A DNA stretch of 63,286 nt, the filler included, from Sluysia triapertura (taxonomy: Eukaryota), in the NCBI GenBank assembly GCA_046118255.1. It is 5 parts of 5 records of this genome, joined end to end, with 100 filler letters (N's around TTAATTAATTAA, not from the genome) between each part and the next. Parts side by side here need not be neighbours in the genome. Positions count along the whole stretch, not along the records: positions 52,285 to 63,286 come from JBJNIA010190286.1; 4 more parts are not named here. One strand, 5' to 3'. The notes below the pieces were generated by a model. It saw only the letters and a list, made by a program, of their open reading frames with translations. It did not search any database and was not told where the DNA came from. This document shows positions 53,650 through 63,286 of this stretch, piece after piece; the first letter of the stretch is position 1; each line of letters opens with the position of its first letter. The translations under genes and the position numbers were made by a program.

Positions 53650-56600
53650 TAAGTAATTATTATTTTTTTAAAAATATTAAAATTATTTTTGTTAAAAAAT
53701 TAATTATTTTTGTTTAAATTAATTGAAATAAGTATAAATAGCTAACACACTAGAGTTAAATAATAATTAATCAATTAATATTGCCAGGATTAGTTTTTTA
53801 GAAATTACCTGGACGCTAAACTTTTCAGAAAAGTAGTTAGTTTAATTATATTAAGTTTGTATACATGTAGGTATCCCGTAAAATCTACTTAAATTATTAT
53901 TGCACATATATTTCCTTCGCAAAATACAATCTAATATGACTTTTTATATGATATTAACTTTATGTCAGTTAATATTGCAAAATCCTTATCACTATTTGCA
54001 TTATAAAAAGTATTTTTAGTATTAGTCATAAAGTATTACTTGTTTTATAATGTACGTATTAGAGCCTAAGACTTTTATTATTCGAGTTGATTATTGATTC
54101 ATTTTGAAGAATCAAACGTAATTAAATAGTCTTAAAACATTAAACTTAATCATTATACCTAATCCTCCGAAATTTATCGGAATTGTAAAATTAAAATTTT
54201 ATATAAATCATGTATAATAGGATTTTATGTAAAATCATAATTAATAATATTTTGAAAATCTTTATTAACATTTATTTCAAATTTTATTTGTAAAATACAT
54301 TGTTTGCAATCCAAAATTCTTTAAAGGAACTTTCATAAAATTTTTAAACTGATTTAATTAAATTAAAACAATTACAATTACGATTTGACCTCCTACAGCT
54401 GCTCACTTTTAAAATCTAACGGCTAGATACGTTGATGGACTCACATTCTTAAACCTTTATTCTGAGAAAAAATAAAATAACAAAATCCCACACTTTTATG
54501 CACATTTGAATCACAAATACTTACAGTTAAAATCGCATTGTGTATCTTTCGGTTTTGTTCTAGTAATATATAATTGGATAATCTCAACACCACTATCTGA
54601 CTCGACAAATCCAATTTAAATTTCGTCTAAATTAGTACTTCAACCACTTATATTTATAAGATAGTAAGAATTACCAATCACATAACTGGCAATATTCATT
54701 TATTTTTCATAATTAATGGACATAATTTCTTACAAAAAATTAAACTATTCCGGAAATTTCTGGAATCAGAATTGAGGAAATAATAAAATATATCACAACG
54801 TGACAAAAAATAAAAATTAACCTTAGTATTACGAAGGAAAAAATTACTAAACGTGTACTAGTGTCCATAATACACATTTCATATTTAAGTTTCGTAATAA
54901 ATTGCATATTTAAACATACTCATCACAAATTATTCCCTTATTTGAATTTAAAGACAAACATGATTGTTACATTTACGACACATACTTGAAATCCTTTTTA
55001 GACTTTTGTTTTTATTCGTTTGTAACAAATAAAGTGTCTTCCTCGGAAGGTTGTTTTTGTTGTTATTTTGTAGACATTTTTTAATTCAGAGAATACGAAA
55101 TTTTTTCTCTATTTGTTAAAACTTATATTAATATTTTTCATACCTCAACATCAATTATGATCTGACTGTTTCGTATCTCTCTTATTTTAAAAATTATACG
55201 TAAGTCGAAAACGGCGTTCTTGTCTAGTGAATTCAAACAACTAAACGTTTAGAACACTTTCAATCTATGATGTTTACAAAATCTTTATTCCTAAAGTCTC
55301 TTTTTGGTCATGTGTAATAATTAACTTAATATGAATGAAAATTTCGTTAAATGAAACTAATAACTTTTTAAATTTTTTTAGGTTTTCTAATTCTAAATTC
55401 TAATAATAAATAAAATAATTATCGTACATTAAAAAATCAATACATTAATTGTATTTTTATGCTATTATTTGAGGCCTATATAGCCTAGTTTATTGACACG
55501 ATAATATTATTATTATATCATCATTTGTTGTTAATATATAATGGGCGATGAAACATAGCTGTCATTATTGTTTGGGAGAGTAATTTCAGTACGTAAGTGT
55601 AGTGCTTTTAATTTGAATTCTGTGGTAAATAAATCATCTCAGTAAATTCATACAGTAACTAGTAGTAAATATATACAAACTATTGAATGAAAAAGTGATG
55701 CTAAATCTGAACTTAAAAAAACCGTCTTTAAAATTTGTTTTCTAAAAGAAAGTATTAAACATCTTGAGCTTAGTTCTATTTCTACTTCTATGTCTTTTCA
55801 AACAGTCCAGAATGCGAATCTTTGTGACGTTTTTCAACGATTTGTTTTTCTCATAACTTAAAGATAATTAAAATAAGAATATAGTAGTAAATTAATTTAT
55901 TACTTAATTAATTAATGACTATTTTAATATGTCATGTAACATTCATTAGCATCAATCAGTTTTAATATAGTAGGAAGTGTTTCGATAGTTAATCACGTTT
56001 TAATTTTAATGATGATATAAACTATATCATTAAGTATATGTTACGTCTTTATTTTATTAGTAATGGTAAGTCGATAACAGATCACTTTACATAATAAAAT
56101 GTCAATAAATTCAGTATTCGCTAAATCAAAAATAAATTATCACAAATTCTCTTATTTTGACAATGATATTTATTAAATCAAAATATTTCAATTTAGATTA
56201 ATAACAATAACTCAATAATTTAATAATTACAAAAACAATTACAAATTGTTATCAGTTTTTATTTTAATAATAATACAATACAAATGAATTAATTAAAATT
56301 CACCAAATCTCAAAATTAACAAGACGTTTATGATAATGTTAAGAATTCAATAATGCATCCAAAAAAACCAGAGGTAATGAAACTAACAAAATCCAATTAT
56401 TGTTAACATAATTTTTTAGATAATTCTTTACATAAATAACAAATTTCGATAATCAAATTAGTCTAAAATATATGAAAAACAACAATTACAATTCACTAAT
56501 TAACCTCTTATAAATAAAAGTTATTAACTACAAACCGACTTTATTCGTCGATTAATCAAGAAACAAAATGTTTAGTTTAAGTGTAAATAATTAAAGAGAA

Positions 56601-56699
56601 AGTCTCCCAAAAACAAAACTAATTTACGTAAAATCAAAATAATAAAATAAATTCACAATTTGTCGTGTTGTTCTGTCGCATGTTTAAAATTTTTAGGTA

Positions 56700-57150
56700 T
56701 TCCGTTTTATACTTTCTCATCATCCAATCATTCTTGAATTTTTGATCAAACATTCTCTCACACAAATCATCGCAACATTATTTCAGAATTAATCTGGCAT
56801 TAATAACTTTGACAGTTACATGGTATGGTCTATCAAACTTTATTAGATATTTTATTATCTATTATTTTCTTTTACTCTGGTCGATCTATTTTTACTTAAA
56901 TTACTTTTCAGATTAAAATAGCAATCATTATTATTGTTAACATTCATAAAATGATGAATTTAATTTTAGTTTTTAGAATTTAATTGATTTTCGGTTTTTT
57001 ACACTCAAAAATGTTTAAAGTTCTTATTCTCAAATAAACCAATCTAAGGTCATTTCAAATTCATTTTTAGATTCTCCTCTGTCAGAACAATCATCTCATA
57101 ATAAATTTATTACATTTGCATTATTCTAAGTATTAAAAATTAATTAAAAT
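56700..57150 (+). mobile_element. Decayed L2/Rex-Babar-like fragment, inverted relative to 46050-46520
   Basis: AACTTTGACAGTTACATGGTATGGTCTATCAAACTT matches the reverse complement of 46422-46458. Confidence 0.5.
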
Positions 57151-57677
57151 TTAATGTTTAAATGTTTTATTAAGGTTCCAAAGCTATTTATTAGTTTATA
57201 ATGCATTCAGGAGGTTTTAAATGCTTTCTTTTTTCTACTTATTTATGGTAATCATTGCCATATTAAACTTATCTTTAATATTAACAACAATGATTCGTTT
57301 CTCAAATGATAATGTTATAAACTAAAATATATAATAATGTAATAATATATAAACTAAAATAATATTATAAAATTATAACGTTACTTATTACGTGTGGTTC
57401 TTTCAGTTTATAATAGGTTTCATTTTGGTAATAGTTTGCTTTTTTTATAAATAAATTTTTAGTTAATTAGAGTTTATTTTTATTGAAGAACAAGAGAAGA
57501 ATTCAAATTAAGAGTCTGTACATAAAAGCACTTCTATTTCTTACATCAGAGACGAGTAAAACTCTGACCTTCATAATAAATTTTAAGCAATATATTAAAG
57601 CAATTTTGTCTGACAGAATTAATATAGACAGTCATAGACGAAAATTTTAACAAAGAAATTTAGAAAATTAAAATTTA

Positions 57678-57714
<37 letters not shown>

Positions 57715-60700
57715 GAAATATCAAAAATTTTCCATTTAATCAATTTTGCCTAATTATAAATGCTTATTTATATTCACAATGAATTGTAATACTTTTGAAG
57801 AATTTAAAAGTAGTCTGTAAATTTTTATTTACTTATTCATATAATAAAATATAGTATTATATTTGTAAAATTGTGATGTTCTTACTTTGTATGAATATCT
57901 GAAATATTTTTGATTAATAATTATAAAGCGTGTCATCAAAAGTATGTACATGTATAAAAATATACTTGTTTACAGATTTAACATATCCAATGATAAAGAA
58001 CACACATAATGTTTAAAATAACTTTCTAATATGATTTAGATTTTCAAGTTTTAATTATTAAAAAAATAATCGTAGTATTTATATTATTCTCATTTTAATC
58101 TTATGCTTATTAAATTTTCATTTATTATTACATTAATATTAATAAGGTTGGTCAAAGTACCACTTTATTTGTAAAACTAGTAATATAAATTATTTTGTAA
58201 GTACTATATTATGATTTTTATATACTTAATCTAATCTATGCTGACATTTTGTAATTTTATTTGTATTGAGTAGATAATTAATACTTTATATAAGATTCTG
58301 ACTTTTCGGATTAATATTAAAAGTGATGAAATAAAAATGGACAAAATGAAATGGTAAAATAGTATCAAATTTGGGATAATAATAATCATAAAAATTTTTG
58401 ACTAAACAATTATAAAAAAATTACAAAAATATGAAACCATTAATTGCAATTACTACACTTACTTATTTGTATTCGATAAACTAGAATGTAATGTTCGATC
58501 ATTAATCGATCAAACAAAATAGTTAACTAAGTTAATATAACTCAATCCGATAAAATGTCCATATTCACTAGTTAGATTTAATGGCGTTGATATCCTTCAA
58601 GAATTCAAATGTGTATTCAATAACTATTCAATTCTCAACACATAGCATCGTCATCATAATCAACGTTCATTTTATTCAGTTTTTTTATTACATAACCAAT
58701 TTAATTCTAAAGTAACCAATATGACCAGTTTTATTTACACATTAGTCAATTACATTACATATTGGCTGTACGTATTCTTTCTATATTTTAAACGATAATA
58801 ATTCATATTATCGCGTTATTAATTATTTGTTTGTGTCCGTTAATATCGTGTTTTAGCGGGGTTTCCATGTTTATTGGCATCTACGTTTAACTTATGACAT
58901 TTTCCTGTGACGAATTTTTGTCTTCATTCATGTTGATTAACTAATTTCTGCTTAATGTCTTGCCATTTAAAAATGTTTCCAAATGTTTTTCGTAATTACG
59001 AAGATATTTTCTTGAATTTTTAAATTCATTTTAATGCTTTATGGATATTTTTCATATTTTGAAGTAAATGCAATTGCGGTGGTCAACCTAATACTTATAA
59101 ATTTTATTTCATCAACAAAATATTTCATAATTGTTAATACTTACAAACATTCTAAGCATAAAATTCTATAACATCAAAATCTTATTCAACATCGAAAAGC
59201 ATCAAACATATACTTAAAAACTAAGTTAAAACATTTCTAATTTAATTCAACATATCGCATATTCCATAAAAATACAATCATAATTACATTAGTTAACATT
59301 ATACAACTAATGTATCAAAACCTTTGCGTATTTTATTTCCTTCAGATCCATAAAAACAATTCTCACATCAATATATTTTCAAGTCACAATCTTTCAACAT
59401 CCAAACTTTACTTACACTCAAAAACATCAAAATATATTTAAAAATTCATATAAAATTCATATTCTTTGTCTCACAACATTAGAATCACAATTTACATCTT
59501 AAATTAGCAAACATATATCTTCAAATTAACTCAAAACATTTCAAGTTTTCAATTTGCTCACACTTAAGTATTTACACCGTTTAATCATTTTTGGCATTTT
59601 AAGTCAACAAATTACATCTTATTTAAATTCATTTAATTTTATGTAAAAAAATATTTTGTATATTTAAAATATGTAAATGTGTACAAAATTTTTATATTTC
59701 TATTTTATAAAAAATTATTAAAATTTATATTATTAAAAAAATTATTTTAATTATATTAAAATTAAAATTATTATTATTATAAATCAAAAAATATCTCAAA
59801 CGAAACTTCTAGATATAAATTTGTTTATTTAAATTAAATTTTAAAAGATGTCTTTATGATATATAAAGACATTCACAAATAAAGAAACGACCATTAGCAA
59901 ATAAAGAAGCCATTAAAAATAGACATAGAGAAAATTGTTACGCCATCCATTCGATAAACAAAGTTATTACAAAAAGATTATTTGCGGCTCCATCCGGCTC
60001 GTCAGCATCAAATTCATTGTTAATTTATTTATTTCAAACTCATCCTTCTATTTATTGTGCGATCTCTGCGTATTCGAATAGAGGGGTAGCATTTTCTAAG
60101 CAGCAGCAATTCGATCGGTCAATCCCAAATTCGAACAGTATCGCCAGAGATAAATTATTCATATTATTAATTAAATCCGTCAGTTTGATTTAAATAAGTA
60201 TATAAACTCCAACTTAAAATACTGTTTTTCACGGTTGGTCATTAAGGCAAATCATAAAATCAAACTAAAATATAAAGTCTCAAAGCTTTAGTTGGCACTT
60301 AGGTTAATTACAAAATAGCTATTGTAAGGTTATTTTGTGTATTATTAACATTTATTTTTCGTTGGATTATTATAAATTTATATTAATTTTATTTTTATTC
60401 GTATTTTTGGTGTAATAAAAATATTAAAAGACTTTTGAATCCTTTTATTTGAATTAAGTTTATAATTACTTTATTTTTCGAATAATTTACAAATAAATAT
60501 AATTATAATCTAGAATATATTGATTGTAATATTATCTCATTAAATTTTAAAAGTTCTAACGGCCATTATATTAGGATTTGGAGATATAAGAAACGCCACG
60601 TTTTTATACCATCATTATTTACTTGATTTTTATATTAATTTAAATATTCCATAAACTAGCGTTGGTCTTAATTAGTTTTTAAGTTATTTATTATTAATTG

Positions 60701-61472
60701 ACATAAACGACGATTTCCCCATTATTATTGAGTTACGGTAAAGAATATTTTTGTACGATTAATTTTGAAAATTGTTTTCACATAATTTTACAGGTACGCC
60801 ATTAGTAAGTCGTATATTGTAAACGGACTGAGAATAATTAATTATTTTCCTGTATGTTAGGTTTTTAGATTAAGAAAAGCACTCAGCAAAAAAGATCGTG
60901 TAAAACATTAAGAATTTATGCATATTTTTATTTTCCTTGTAATCATTTTATTATTATTAATACCTATTATAACAATTAATATTATTTTTAATGATTTAAT
61001 TATTATTATAAAATCATTATTATTACTATTTTTGTAACTAGGACCATCAATTTTAGAAGTATAATTTGTCACCAGTTGACAGTTTATTCAATTAAATTAA
61101 ATCAAAATATAGTATAAAGTCGACTCTTGACAGTTGCTGAGTTTCTGGCATCACCATCAGCACTTTTCCTTTTCACTAATACCAATACTACGTTAGTATA
61201 TTTGATTGGACGTTCAATCAATCATATTATTCTACATACTTATTTTCATTGTAGCTGGACGTCCAATCAAAAGAAAAATTCAAAAAACAAAAACTTAATC
61301 ATCAAAATCAGAAAGAAGAATTTTCACTTTTTATATTCAAGCTAAAAATTGTTACATCTTTCTAAAAAAATATAAAGATTCAGTAGTTTCGATTTAGTTA
61401 TTATAAAGATAAAACATTTATTGTAATTTACTTTACAGTTGAATATTTTAGAGAAATTCTCATTTTAATTAG

Positions 61473-62506
61473 ACTGTTTGTTGGATAAACATTGTATGTT
61501 GGAAAATCATCAAAGTGTCATTGATGAAGTATGTGTTAGAAATGAATATAAAAACTTGGTAACAATTTCCAGTGATGTTAATTTTGCATTTAATAAACGA
61601 CTTAGATTTCGAATACAAGCTATATTATCAGGAATGGTGTATTTTAAAAGATCTCATATAATGTATATTTTAAAGTGTAATGATTCATGGCTACTAGTAC
61701 CGACAACATTAATCTTGATGTCAAAAATTGATGAATTTAGTTCATTTTCACAAAAGACTATTACGAAATTTTGCAACAATGTTTACAGACAAGTTGGATA
61801 CATTCCTACACAAGACATTGGCCAATCCGCATTAGATCAAGGCCTTACTTTTATTGATAGTATTTCATTAAATGAACAAAGTAATGATGATAAACAAGAT
61901 AGATCTATACTAATCATAATCGAAAATTTTACAAGAAAGTCGTCTAGCGTCACCAATGACACTGTTTCCACAATTAACTCTATTGGTTGTTTTAAAATAG
62001 TAAAAACGAACCTATGTTTCAGAGAATTATTGCTTCATTTTGCTGATGAAAATATGAACGTATTTGGAGAGCTTAGTATTATGTATTCTTCAACAAATAT
62101 TCCCAATCAAATTGTCGAACATCATATTGATATTATCAAGGTTAAGAAAAATGATAGTGAATTCAAATCTTCACAGTGTCGGTTCCAGACTGACATGTCA
62201 GAGAAATGCATTAAATTTGGAATTTTTTGTAAACACTTTCATTCAGTCGATCAAATTAACCGCGTTATCAACAATACATCAGTATTACAATATCATGTCA
62301 TTTGCATTCAAAATCTAATACAATCCATGCTAGAATTTGATAAAATCAATCGTCAAATAAGTAAAGATCACTACAAGAAACATGAAGACGAGATTCAATC
62401 AATCCAATGTTTAGACGACAATAGAATTAAAGTAATATTAAATTTTAATAATCAATTAATATTTAATACTTATTTATTGTCATTTTAGGAACCAGCGAAC
62501 CGATGA
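61473..62506 (+). CDS. Unknown protein with an atypical CCCH zinc finger (large exon ~61473-62431 and probable short exon from 62489)
   Basis: A 1-kb open frame in very AT-rich DNA with acceptor aattag and a GT-AG intron at 62432-62488. CRFQTDMSEKCIKFGIFCKHFH lies at 62177-62242. The start is not defined. Confidence 0.7.
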
Positions 62507-63286
62507 AATTGGCAGTGTCCCTGGATAAAAGGTTTGTACAATAATCATAATCAACTTTTAAGTCGTAAATGTTTTATTGTTATTATCATTCGTGTCAAGT
62601 ATATCCCAACATTTCCGTATTTTCATTTTATAAATTTTAATGTAAATGTATCAGTTAACACTAAATTTGAATTTATAAAACCTTTTAAACAAGTTCACAA
62701 GTTAATTATTTATAATGATAACTTAAAGTTACAAACTTTTGATATTAATCAAATCATATTGTCCGTTACAGTAATAATTTTTAAATTATCATTTTTTTAA
62801 ATTTAATTGTATAATTTAAAATTTTTATCCAAAAATTAAAATATGTCAAAAAATGATATTCCAAATGGAGTTTTTACATTTAACTTATTAATACAAAACA
62901 ATTGCAAATAAATTTCAGTTAAATAAAGTGAATTATTTAAAGTGGATTATTTACATTTAAATGTAGGCTATAGTAAAACCTTGTAAATTAATTTAATTTA
63001 AACAAAGTAATATTAAGTAAAATTAAATTAAATTAAATTTGGACAGGAAACCATACACATTTGCAGTATATACAGTCATACCTCGATTTAATGCCAATTT
63101 TATATATTGTCAAATATAAATGTTGGGATTGCCCAACTCTGAATTAGGAGACGATTAGAAGACATAGAATTATAAATAAAAGAAAGAAGTGATGAGAAGT
63201 AATAGATGAAAGTATTATGAATATCGTTGAAACAAGAATCATGAAAAAGAAAACATTTAAAATGATCCTAACAATTAAAGAATATC

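Overview
This is very AT-rich eukaryotic (animal) genomic DNA. It is five contigs joined by artificial 100-nt spacers (44 N + TTAATTAATTAA + 44 N), so adjacency across the spacers is not evidence of linkage. The mix of 32-33 nt introns with kb-long introns and a universal-stress-protein-like remnant suggests a flatworm or other lophotrochozoan (inference). Recognisable genes are the last two exons of an SLC4 bicarbonate transporter, exon 1 of a TASK-type K2P channel, a complete three-exon phosphatidylserine decarboxylase with a divergent active-site motif, the last three exons of HECTD1, a UFL1 pseudogene with an internal duplication, and an unknown protein with an atypical CCCH finger that has a decayed paralog in the window. 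The rest is microsatellite and transposon debris: Gypsy gag and RNase H, Tc1, hAT, piggyBac, Helitron, RLE-type and L2/Rex-type non-LTR elements. The most notable finding is a family of miniature LTR elements (five copies). Their ~160-bp TG...CA LTRs carry a tRNA-shaped Pol III cassette, and across the copies there is a PBS, a purine-rich tract and 4-bp target-site duplications. A second repeat family carries a near-perfect heat-shock-element/CCAAT/TATA promoter.
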